Virus record (IMG/VR): IMGVR_UViG_3300005613_000011
Location: 32,001-96,000 of that record
From: a virus
Direction: 5' to 3' (one strand)
Length of the DNA stretch: 64,000 nucleotides
Of this stretch, positions 40,128-48,686 are shown one piece after another. Every line of letters begins with the position of its first letter. Positions within the stretch are counted from its first letter, which is position 1. The position numbers and the translations under genes are program-made. The notes under the pieces are model-generated. The model was given only the letters and a program-made list of their open reading frames with translations. It was not told the DNA's origin and ran no database searches.

Positions 40128-41182
40128 TGCCAACAGTTAGTTATTATAAATTGTCTTTTTTTCTCATAGAATCAGCTTGCACTGGTGTCAATTGTTCTTT
40201 TGTCGATTTACAAGTCGATACGTCAAAAGATGGTTTTGTTGGTTTCAAGAACGGAAAGATTTGTGTTGGAGAACCTGTTAGTTGGGCCGAAACAAATAGC
40301 AGAATTGTTTCTGTGTATTTTGAGAATTTTAAGAAGATCTGTAATTGCAGTTTATTAATGAATCCTTCTGAAACTAAAAAAGTATTAGAATTATGGGAAG
40401 AGTTTTTAGCTTTTATATGCTATGACAATGAGTCGTTGGAAGAATCTAGACCGAACGAATCGATTAAGCTCAGGTTATTCCAGTTCCCTATTGTTTGGTT
40501 ATTGATGAAGGATATTATATGTCCTTCATATGAAGTAACTATAAAAAATGCTCCAGTAATAGTCGTGAAAGACACTCCGCTATGTGATGTCTCAAATTAC
40601 GTTGATAAAGACGAAGACTCGTTTATAATCGTTAATAGTGATGTCGAATACAAACCGGTGAGAGACGCATTTGTTCTGTTGTCTGTTCTTGAGTATCATG
40701 GTTTTAACCCCTGTGATTTGATAAGGGAAATAATGTTATCAGATCTGAAAGATAAAGTTACTAATGCCATGAAACTGGCTTATAATAAAGACAAGGAAAT
40801 AAATGATTTCTTGATGACTCTTCTCACTTTTGCTGGTATAGAAAATAAAGTTGAACAACTTGTAGTCGATTCTGTAAAAAGAGCTAGTAGCAACAAGATA
40901 GTTAAGCAGGCACAATATAATAACCTTACTAATTCCTTTTGGTATTTTGGTCTTTTAGAGAAAATGCTTGAACCGGCGAGAGGATCCGATTGGAGTGTTT
41001 ATAGAAATCTTCTTCCATGGTTCAAGGATATAGAGACAAAAATCGAAAAAGAGAAGAGAAAAGCAGGGAGGGACGGAGTTAATTACGAATATATGCTGAG
41101 AATAAAAAGTGGAGAAAACACTAAGGAAGAAAACGAAAAAATTATTGAAAAGAGACTTGGGACTGATAGAGTTGGACCATAG
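40127..41182 (+). CDS. Hypothetical protein
   Basis: 351-aa ORF, translationally coupled to the previous gene. Confidence 0.6.
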   Translation: MPTVSYYKLSFFLIESACTGVNCSFVDLQVDTSKDGFVGFKNGKICVGEPVSWAETNSRIVSVYFENFKKICNCSLLMNPSETKKVLELWEEFLAFICYDNESLEESRPNESIKLRLFQFPIVWLLMKDIICPSYEVTIKNAPVIVVKDTPLCDVSNYVDKDEDSFIIVNSDVEYKPVRDAFVLLSVLEYHGFNPCDLIREIMLSDLKDKVTNAMKLAYNKDKEINDFLMTLLTFAGIENKVEQLVVDSVKRASSNKIVKQAQYNNLTNSFWYFGLLEKMLEPARGSDWSVYRNLLPWFKDIETKIEKEKRKAGRDGVNYEYMLRIKSGENTKEENEKIIEKRLGTDRVGP

Positions 41183-41197
41183 AGAAAAAGGAATAAA

Positions 41198-41383
41198 ATG
41201 TTAGATAATAAAGAAATATACGATATATTGTGCAATATTTTACAGAAGTTTAGAGTAGCTAGAAGTCTTCTTGTTGACGGAAAAGAAATTCCAGCCGATA
41301 AAAAGTTTCAAGGAATTTATGATAACCTTATAAAACTTACACAATTATTAGAGACCGAAAGTGAAGATAATAAAAACTCGTGA
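41198..41383 (+). CDS. Hypothetical protein
   Basis: AAGGA SD; packed within the operon. Confidence 0.55.
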   Translation: MLDNKEIYDILCNILQKFRVARSLLVDGKEIPADKKFQGIYDNLIKLTQLLETESEDNKNS

Positions 41384-41558
41384 ATATATGAAAATTGCAG
41401 GAAGCTGGGACATATATCCTAATTTTCACAAGCACAGAGATAGGGGGGATGAGGGATCTGTCTTATTCCAGCAACCTTGCTTACCAAAAACGGAAGACGA
41501 TATTAAAGAAGAGTGGGGAAAAAAGAAGAAAAAGAAGAAGAGTAAAAAGAATAAATGA
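41361..41558 (+). CDS. Small basic hypothetical protein
   Basis: Lys-rich C-terminus; overlaps both neighbours. Confidence 0.5.
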   Translation: MKIIKTREYMKIAGSWDIYPNFHKHRDRGDEGSVLFQQPCLPKTEDDIKEEWGKKKKKKKSKKNK

Positions 41559-43090
41559 GTGATGAAATATCTTTAATAATTACTAATACTACCACTTTTG
41601 TAAAAGGCAGACTCAAGTCTGATATATATCAAGGGCTTAAGAGAAAACTTGGATATATGCCTACAAATGCCTTTTTCACTGTAAAGTATTTAAAGATGAA
41701 TCCTGAATTCAGCAAGAAACCCTGGCTGAAGAATTATGACGGGCATATCACTACTGTATGTTATAACAAGGCAAAATGCAGATGTACTATCAAGAAAGAA
41801 GGAACTCACTTCCCAACAGGTCTTGTTAGTAAGGCAATAGAATATTTCAAAAGCAAGTATGTTAATTGTAAAGTCTACGATAAGCGTACTAAGGTTGAAC
41901 CTTCTCTTTCTTTAAGCATAAACGAAGAGAAATTTGAACTTAGAGATTATCAAAAAGATGTAATTGATAAGGCTCTGTACGCTGAACGAGGTATTATTAA
42001 GATGGCGACTGGTGGGGGGAAGACCCCGACTGTTGCTGGCATTATATCCAAGGCCAATATTAGTCCTTTTGTGTTTTATGTAACGTCAAAAGATTTACTG
42101 AAACAGGCAAAAAGCGAATTGCAAAAATTTGTTCTTTGTAACGGTTCTCATTTGGATGTTGGAGTTATAGGTGACGGTCAGTGTGACATTAAAGATATAA
42201 ATGTTATGACAGTTCAAACCGCTGTTCGTGCTTGCGGGATGAAATATAAAAAGTTTGATGATGAGGAAGAATCTAAAGAGAAAGGTATTTCTGAAAAATA
42301 TAGGGATGATATTAAAAATCTTATAACTTGTGCTAAAGGGATATACGTTGATGAATGCCACCATGTGAGATCAGAATCGTGTCAGATTATTTCTGATATG
42401 TCTGTTAATGCTAGACTAAGATATGGTGGTTCAGCTACACCTTACAGGGACGAGAGTGATGACATATTAATAGAATCTTGTTTTGGTAGAAACATATGTG
42501 ATATTAATGCTTCTTTCCTTATTAATGCCGGTTATTTGATCAAGCCTGATGTTTATTTTGTCCCAATTAACAATATGAGAGGCAGGGGATTCGGAACATA
42601 TGTGACAGCATATAAAAAAGCAATAGTAAAAAATTCGGTAAGAAATGATATTATTGTGAAAGTTGCAGAACAATTTGTAAACAACGGAAGAGTAATTTTG
42701 ATTCTTTGTCGTTATATTGAACACGGGAAAATGTTGGAGAAATTGATTCCTGGTAGTGTTTTTCTTCATGGCGCTCATTCCTCTAAAAAAAGAAAAGAAC
42801 ATTTAGATAAAATTAGAAAACGAAAGGCTTCTGTTACAATATCTTCCATTATTTTTGATGAAGGAATTGACGTAAAGCCATTAGATACATTAATTCTTGC
42901 CGGTTCGGGGAAATCGGCTACTCGTGCATTGCAAAGGATTGGTCGTATCTTGAGAACTTTCCCAGGTAAAGACGAAGCAACTGTTATTGATTTTATGGAC
43001 AACTGTAAATATATGTTATCTCATAGTAAAAGGCGTAAGAAAATTTATAAGACCGAGCCGGAATTTAATATTGATCAACTGTCCTTTTAG
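41555..43090 (+). CDS. Superfamily 2 DNA helicase (UvsW-like)
   Basis: LRDYQ, MATGGGKT, DECH, SAT, DEGID and QRIGR motifs. Confidence 0.9.
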   Translation: MSDEISLIITNTTTFVKGRLKSDIYQGLKRKLGYMPTNAFFTVKYLKMNPEFSKKPWLKNYDGHITTVCYNKAKCRCTIKKEGTHFPTGLVSKAIEYFKSKYVNCKVYDKRTKVEPSLSLSINEEKFELRDYQKDVIDKALYAERGIIKMATGGGKTPTVAGIISKANISPFVFYVTSKDLLKQAKSELQKFVLCNGSHLDVGVIGDGQCDIKDINVMTVQTAVRACGMKYKKFDDEEESKEKGISEKYRDDIKNLITCAKGIYVDECHHVRSESCQIISDMSVNARLRYGGSATPYRDESDDILIESCFGRNICDINASFLINAGYLIKPDVYFVPINNMRGRGFGTYVTAYKKAIVKNSVRNDIIVKVAEQFVNNGRVILILCRYIEHGKMLEKLIPGSVFLHGAHSSKKRKEHLDKIRKRKASVTISSIIFDEGIDVKPLDTLILAGSGKSATRALQRIGRILRTFPGKDEATVIDFMDNCKYMLSHSKRRKKIYKTEPEFNIDQLSF

Positions 43091-43097
43091 TGATAAA

Positions 43098-43320
43098 GGG
43101 TTTGAGTAGTGATGCTCAACGTAAGAGTTGATTAGGGAGCTTAACTTAGGAAAAAGTTATGCAGAAGTTATTAGAAAAGTTAAAGAACACACCTACAAGT
43201 ACTTTCCTAGCTTGTAGCCCTGTAAATCTTGTATTAAACAAAGTTGAAAGACTTAGTGTACAGGATAAAGTACTGTCTAATAACAATCCCGAAGGGAATC
43301 TACCTCAACGTAAAGAGGAG
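43098..43320 (+). ncRNA. IscB omega-RNA scaffold (5' hairpin missing)
   Basis: Nested stems TTGAG/CTCAA, GTTATTAGA/TCTAATAAC, CTACAAG/CTTGTAG, TCTTGTATTAA/TTAGTGTACAGGA and CCTC/GAGG directly upstream of a PLMP-domain ORF. The 'MQKLLEKLKNTP' translation is probably the RNA read as protein. Confidence 0.75.
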
Positions 43321-43326
43321 AAGAAC

Positions 43327-43744
43327 TTGAGAGTATCTTCTAAAGTTTACGTATTAAGTAAGAGAGGAGAGCCTTTAATGCCTTGTTCTCCTAGAAAAGC
43401 AAAGAAATTATTAAAGGAGAAAAGAGCAAATGTAATCAAGAGATCACCTTTTACGTTAAAATAACAAGAAAGCCCACGACTTTAGTCGTGGGAGTATGTC
43501 AAAATTAAATAGAAAAGGCTTTAAGAGATCTATTAGGAGAAAGAGATATAATATCCAACCTAAAGATTTAGTCAAAATTAGTAATAAGTGGTTTGAGACA
43601 AAAGGTAGTCATTGCAAAGGTTCTAGAGTAATGATCTCAGGTAAATCAATGAATATTAATTTAGTAGAACGAGTTTTTCATTATGGATCTTTAGTGTGGA
43701 GGAGTGTGGAGGTTGGCTATTCTTTTGTCAATAATATAGCATGA
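43327..43744 (+). pseudogene. iscB: iscB (RRXRR/PLMP) pseudogene: N- and C-termini kept, RuvC/HNH core deleted
   Basis: TTG start after GAGGAG; VYVLSKRGEPLMPCSPRKAKKLLK...PFT then stop at 43464; resumes LNRKGFKRSIRRKRYNIQPKDLV...GSLVW. Confidence 0.8.
43465..43501 (+). mobile_element. Minimal IS200/IS605 end-only element (single hairpin, PATE-like)
   Basis: CAAGAAAG CCCACGACT TT AGTCGTGGG AGTATGTCA located exactly at the iscB deletion junction. Confidence 0.7.
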
Positions 43745-43998
43745 AAATGATAATTAAAACAAGCATTATAACTGATACCGGTGGTTCTGGTTTATATTCA
43801 ATAAAATCAAGAGACTGGTCCATGCTAGAGTCTTTGTCATTTTCTTTTTCGTTAGGTGTTGATGGTTCTGAATTTGGATCAAATAATAAGTTTATTTGTT
43901 TTTCGTGGAGAGAAAATTGTCGGTCAAGTAGATCGTGGGATTGGCATTGTGTTTCATCCTATAAACCTTACCATCGTTGATTTTAAATTATTAAAAAT

Positions 43999-45087
43999 AT
44001 GAGATCGTATTCACCTGTTCATATTGATTTTAATACTTGCAAGTGTTGTGAAACTTTTTATTCCAAAGTTAATTATATCGTTAATAGAATAAGTGGAATG
44101 ACAAATCCTTATACAGGGAATAAAAGAAATATCATTCCAACGATGTTGAATCTGCTTGAAAAAGAAAATATAGAGTACGATTCTGTTCTCGACTTATTTA
44201 GCGGTAGCGCTTATGTCTCTATGGCTATGAAGTATATGGGAAAAAACGTTATATCAAACGACATTTTATTAAGTTCTTATTATTATGCAAAAGCATTTGT
44301 TGAAAATGATTTTATGAAGATCTCTGAAGAGCAAAAAGATTATTTATTGAATAATGAAAATAAAGATAGGAGTAGTTTTGTAGAAGAAAATTTTCATAAC
44401 AGGTTCACAGATAACGAAGCGAAGTTTCTTGATAATTTTCATGCAAACGCAAAAAATCTTGATAATGATTATGCGGAAGCATTAGCTTTTTCCAATATGC
44501 AAATGTATATAGAGGACAGGTGTTTTTTAGGTGGAAGACTTAATAATGGACAAATTATAGCAGAACTTGATTTTAGAATATCTCACAATAGAAATAAAGG
44601 TTTTGAGATGCCGTTTACGAATATGCGTTGGTATTCCTTCGTAGATGATTTTAATACTGTGACTTGTTGTAAATCGTTTTGCGAAGATTCAATTGAACTT
44701 TTGGAGTCAGGTAATGTTGGTGTTGACTTGGCATATATAGATCCTCCCTATGGTGGTCAACAAAGTGATTATGGTTTTATGTACAACTTTTTGGAATCTT
44801 ATGTCAGACAACAATTACCTGAAAAGTGGCCTACTGCACAACATATGAAAAGATTTGTCAAGAAAGACGATTATGAAGACAATTTTATAGAGATGATAGA
44901 ATTAGTATCTGATATTCCTGTTCTTGTTGTAAGCTATAATAATTCGTCTTGGTCAGAGATAGATCACATAAAGGAAATTTTGTTTAGACATAGAGACGAG
45001 GTGCAAGCGATAGAAGTTAATTACGATTATAATTATCGTGATAAAAAGAACAAATCTGGTGTAGAATATTTGATTATTGCAAGATGA
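43999..45087 (+). CDS. DNA adenine methyltransferase (D12/alpha class)
   Basis: YTGNKR...DLFSGS...SND...YIDPPY...VSY. Start may be ATG 44098. Confidence 0.9.
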   Translation: MRSYSPVHIDFNTCKCCETFYSKVNYIVNRISGMTNPYTGNKRNIIPTMLNLLEKENIEYDSVLDLFSGSAYVSMAMKYMGKNVISNDILLSSYYYAKAFVENDFMKISEEQKDYLLNNENKDRSSFVEENFHNRFTDNEAKFLDNFHANAKNLDNDYAEALAFSNMQMYIEDRCFLGGRLNNGQIIAELDFRISHNRNKGFEMPFTNMRWYSFVDDFNTVTCCKSFCEDSIELLESGNVGVDLAYIDPPYGGQQSDYGFMYNFLESYVRQQLPEKWPTAQHMKRFVKKDDYEDNFIEMIELVSDIPVLVVSYNNSSWSEIDHIKEILFRHRDEVQAIEVNYDYNYRDKKNKSGVEYLIIAR

Positions 45088-45935
45088 AAAATAATAGCAC
45101 AAAAAAAACAATACTCGACATACTGAAAAAAGAATTTAGTATAAAGAAGAAGAAAAACAAAAAGACTCCTAAAGAACAACCAGTTGAACTGTACGGGTCT
45201 AATACATCAATAAAAGATATATCATTTTCTGATATTAAGAAAAATGTTTCCTGGACGATAAGAGATGATATTCTCGACTGGAGAAACTCTGATTTTGTTA
45301 TATATATACAAAACAAGTTTAATGAAAAAATAGATTCGACCTGGGAATGCGATAAAGTCGCAATGGTTCTATTTTTTGGTAAGATTACAGACACATTAAC
45401 AGAGATTGTAAGTTTTTGTGATAATATAGTAATCAAAGATTATATAGACTTTTTCATAGACAACTGGGCGGGTTATTACGTACAAGAGAAGGGGAATTTT
45501 ACACTTTGGTATATGAATGAAAATGCTCCTATGAAGGATTTTTTTAAGCGTTATGATTATAACGAAAGTTTCAGGAAATATTTCTCGGCTACTAAAAAGA
45601 AAGATGATAACAAAGAGGTTACTTCAAAAGAAATAGAACACTATTATTATGCTGGTGGGCAAAGCTTGATACTTGAATATGGTTTGCTTCTTCCTCTCAA
45701 TTGGTTGATAGAATGTAAAAAATATTCACTTGAACAGTCTGTTATTTACATAGTAGGAGCTTTTGGAGCATTGCATTCAAATGGTAATTGGAGAGAAGTT
45801 ATTCAAAAGACAGAAAGTTTAAACCCTTATCCAGGTAGTTTCTTTGTACAAAATTGTGATAGTATATTTGAAAAGTTAAATCTTGATATAAAATTAAACC
45901 TAGTATTTTCGGAAAGGAATTGGTGTAAGTTTTAA
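45084..45935 (+). CDS. Hypothetical protein
   Basis: 283-aa coupled ORF. Confidence 0.6.
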   Translation: MKNNSTKKTILDILKKEFSIKKKKNKKTPKEQPVELYGSNTSIKDISFSDIKKNVSWTIRDDILDWRNSDFVIYIQNKFNEKIDSTWECDKVAMVLFFGKITDTLTEIVSFCDNIVIKDYIDFFIDNWAGYYVQEKGNFTLWYMNENAPMKDFFKRYDYNESFRKYFSATKKKDDNKEVTSKEIEHYYYAGGQSLILEYGLLLPLNWLIECKKYSLEQSVIYIVGAFGALHSNGNWREVIQKTESLNPYPGSFFVQNCDSIFEKLNLDIKLNLVFSERNWCKF

Positions 45936-46436
45936 ATGAAAGAGATTTTAAACGAAAGGATCAAGTCAGAAATTTTATTTTTAATTGCAGAAGATGGTTC
46001 TACCATAGGTGCGGTTACTAGAGAAGAGGCGTTGCAGAGGTCGAGATCTGCCGGATTGGATCTCGTGCTCATTTCGCATAAAAATAATGATAAACCACCG
46101 GTTTGTAAGATATTGGATTATGGTAGGATGAAATATGAAGAGAAGAAAAACAACCACAATAAGAAGAAATCGGTAGTTACGAAGGAGATTAGGCTCAGAA
46201 ATGCTATGAATATTTCAGATCATGATCTTGATATCAAGCATAGGCAGATGAGAAAATTTCTTGAGAAGAAAAATAAAGTAAAATATGTATTTGTTGTGAA
46301 GGGAAGACAGCGTAGAATGATGGACGAAGCAAAAGAAAAATTAAATGAAAATTTGTCTCAGTTTAAAGATATTGCTACGTGGGATGAACCAAAAACATCT
46401 GATGGTACAATAATTGTATTGTTGTCCCCAAAGTGA
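45936..46436 (+). CDS. infC: Translation initiation factor IF-3
   Basis: LNERI...GLDLVLIS...PPVCKILDYGRMKYE...KEIRL...ISDHDLDIK...KFLEKKNKVK...GRQ. Confidence 0.92.
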   Translation: MKEILNERIKSEILFLIAEDGSTIGAVTREEALQRSRSAGLDLVLISHKNNDKPPVCKILDYGRMKYEEKKNNHNKKKSVVTKEIRLRNAMNISDHDLDIKHRQMRKFLEKKNKVKYVFVVKGRQRRMMDEAKEKLNENLSQFKDIATWDEPKTSDGTIIVLLSPK

Positions 46437-46494
46437 TAGACGTTGTTGTTATAATAGATGCGGAAATGGATTGTAACAGATAAGGAAGAATAAT

Positions 46495-47496
46495 ATGCCA
46501 AAGGAAAATGTGGATCAACACGAAGATGCATACAAGATTATGGGAACAAAGGAATTCAATGACGAGCTAATAGCTCTTCTAAAGATCCGCGCTCCGGTTG
46601 TTTTTCTCACCTGTCGTGAAGAAAAACGTATGCTGAATTATTTTAGGCATCTTTCTGAGGCTAGAGGTTTTAAGACGTATACGTGGGATCTTTGTAACGG
46701 TATTAGAAATCTGATCAGCGGCAAGCAGGAAAAAACAACTGGGGACGATTGTACTGAACCAGACAATGCCTTGAATGTCATGATAGAGGAAGCAAGTAAT
46801 GACAAAGATCAAAGAGTGAAGCTTGAAGCAAGCAAAATAAAAGGTAAGATTTATTTATTGCTGGATTTTTATAAGTTTCTAGATGAACCAACTACTGAGC
46901 GTAGAATAAAAGAGTTTTCCAAAATCGATTCTATGACAACTATTATTTTGACCGGCCCGACTCTTGATTTGCCAGTAAGTATTGAGAATCTATTCAGCGT
47001 CCTTGATTTTCCTTACCCTAACAATGAGGAAATCAGAGGTTCGATTACTAATCTTTTGAAAGCTGTTAAAAAGGAAAAGGTTGATCTGCATGATAAGTTG
47101 CAGAAACAGTTTAAAAAGGAACAGCATGAGATAATTGGTTCGGTTACAGGTTTGACACTTTCTGAAGCTCAAAAAGCGTTGTCTAAATCTGTTGTTGTAA
47201 AAGCCTCATTTGATATACCATCTATTCTTGCGGAGAAGAAGCAATATATTCGCAGGCGTGGTATTTTGGAATATTACGAACCCAATCTGACTATGGCAGA
47301 TGTTGGTGGTTTGCATAGAATGGTCAGGTGGTTGAAGCACAGAAAGCTGGCGTTTAGTCCCGAAGCCAGAGAGTTCGGGATTCCAGCCTTAAAAGGTTTT
47401 CTTGCAGCTGGTGTTCCTGGATGCGTACTAGCTGATACGAAAATCATGATAAAAAAGATTTCTAGCGAAGGAAAACATAAAGTTATCGAATTTTAG
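46495..47496 (+). CDS. AAA+ ATPase (Ycf46-like), N-terminal half fused to a 24-aa split-intein N fragment
   Basis: TCREEKR...LLLDFYKFL...GLTLSEA...EKKQYIR...DVGGLHRMVRWL...GFLAAGVPG|CVLADTKIMIKKISSEGKHKVIEF*. Confidence 0.85.
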   Translation: MPKENVDQHEDAYKIMGTKEFNDELIALLKIRAPVVFLTCREEKRMLNYFRHLSEARGFKTYTWDLCNGIRNLISGKQEKTTGDDCTEPDNALNVMIEEASNDKDQRVKLEASKIKGKIYLLLDFYKFLDEPTTERRIKEFSKIDSMTTIILTGPTLDLPVSIENLFSVLDFPYPNNEEIRGSITNLLKAVKKEKVDLHDKLQKQFKKEQHEIIGSVTGLTLSEAQKALSKSVVVKASFDIPSILAEKKQYIRRRGILEYYEPNLTMADVGGLHRMVRWLKHRKLAFSPEAREFGIPALKGFLAAGVPGCVLADTKIMIKKISSEGKHKVIEF

Positions 47497-47548
47497 AAGT
47501 TTAAGAGAGATTTCAGAAAACCACCAAGAAGCAGATGGAGAAACTATT

Positions 47549-48652
47549 ATGCAAATTGGAGAAGAAACAGAGATTACAATATCTGATTTTTTTAAATTAA
47601 CAGCAAAAGAAGGAGGGAAATACAAGGTGAGTACACCAGATGGGTGGTGTGATTTAGGAGAACTGGTCAAGAAAAAGAACAAGAAGTGTTATTCGATTAG
47701 GCTTGATAATGGAATGGCAATGGCTGGTTCTGAAGATCACTTAGTTGAGACAAAAGAAGGATGGAAAAAACTCAAAGATTTAGAAGTTGAAAACGATATG
47801 ATTTTAACGTCTGATGGTTTTTGTGAGTTAGTTACTATAGAAAGTATTGGTGTTCATGATACTTATGATTTCGAGGTTTTGAGTGAAAAACACAGGTATT
47901 TTGCGAATGGAATTGTATCACACAATTCAGGTAAAAGCTTGATTGCAAAGGCATGTTCTAGCGAATACGGGATTCCTTTGCTCCGTCTTGATTTTGGAGC
48001 GTTGTTTAGATCACATGTTGGAGAATCAGAGGCCACAACAAGAGATGCTATTAAACTGGCCGAGGCATGTGCTCCGAGCGCCCTTTGGTGTGATGAAGTA
48101 GAAAAAGGCTTGTCAGGAACTAAGTCAAGCGGTTCGACGGACGGTGGTACTACCGATAGGGTTGTGTCTACTTTTTTGACTTGGATGCAAGAAAAGACAT
48201 CTGAGGTCTTTGTGGTGGCAACTGCAAATGATATAGAAAAGATTCCCGTTCCATTTTACAGGCGTTTTGATGAAATCTTTTTCGTAGATTTTCCGAATAA
48301 GGAAGAAAGGGTAGAAATCGCTCAGGTGTTGTTGAGAAGATACAAAAGGGATTATAAGAAATTTGATTGTGAAAGAATTGCTGAACTATCTAATTTGTAT
48401 ACCGGATCAGAAATAGAGAAGGCAATTACTATCGGGCTGTTTGAAGCGTTCGAACATAAAAGAAAATTGACTACGGATGATATTGTCAATGCTTTTAATA
48501 CGTTTACTCCTCAATATAAAATGAGGGAAGAGTATTTTGATAATATGAGAGATCATGCACAATCTTGTGGTTTTGTATTTGCGAACGAAGAAGTAAAAGA
48601 AAGTGCTGAAGGCGCCGGGGGCGATAGTATAGGAATAGATTTAAGCGAATAA
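47549..48652 (+). CDS. Split-intein C fragment (126 aa) fused to the C-terminal half of the AAA+ ATPase
   Basis: GGAG SD then ATG; SEDH block B; TYDFEV...YFANGIVSHN|SGKSLIAKA...LLRLD...VGESE...WCDEVEKG...ATAN...RFDEIFFVDFP. Confidence 0.88.
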   Translation: MQIGEETEITISDFFKLTAKEGGKYKVSTPDGWCDLGELVKKKNKKCYSIRLDNGMAMAGSEDHLVETKEGWKKLKDLEVENDMILTSDGFCELVTIESIGVHDTYDFEVLSEKHRYFANGIVSHNSGKSLIAKACSSEYGIPLLRLDFGALFRSHVGESEATTRDAIKLAEACAPSALWCDEVEKGLSGTKSSGSTDGGTTDRVVSTFLTWMQEKTSEVFVVATANDIEKIPVPFYRRFDEIFFVDFPNKEERVEIAQVLLRRYKRDYKKFDCERIAELSNLYTGSEIEKAITIGLFEAFEHKRKLTTDDIVNAFNTFTPQYKMREEYFDNMRDHAQSCGFVFANEEVKESAEGAGGDSIGIDLSE

Positions 48653-48686
48653 AAGATAAATTTGTTATATCCGTATTAATTAAAAC

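Noticed and set aside
41361-41400. MKIIKT...KIA N-terminus as a capsid-targeting signal
   Set aside because: Only one clear instance in the window; not enough support.
43159-43326. N-terminal 56 aa of the listed 101-aa ORF
   Set aside because: Overlaps the base-paired omega-RNA; the SD and TTG at 43315-43329 mark the more likely iscB start.
47494-47496. TAG recoding (alternative genetic code) as the explanation for the split ATPase
   Set aside because: The downstream half is in a different frame, and TAG, TGA and TAA all end genes normally elsewhere in the window.
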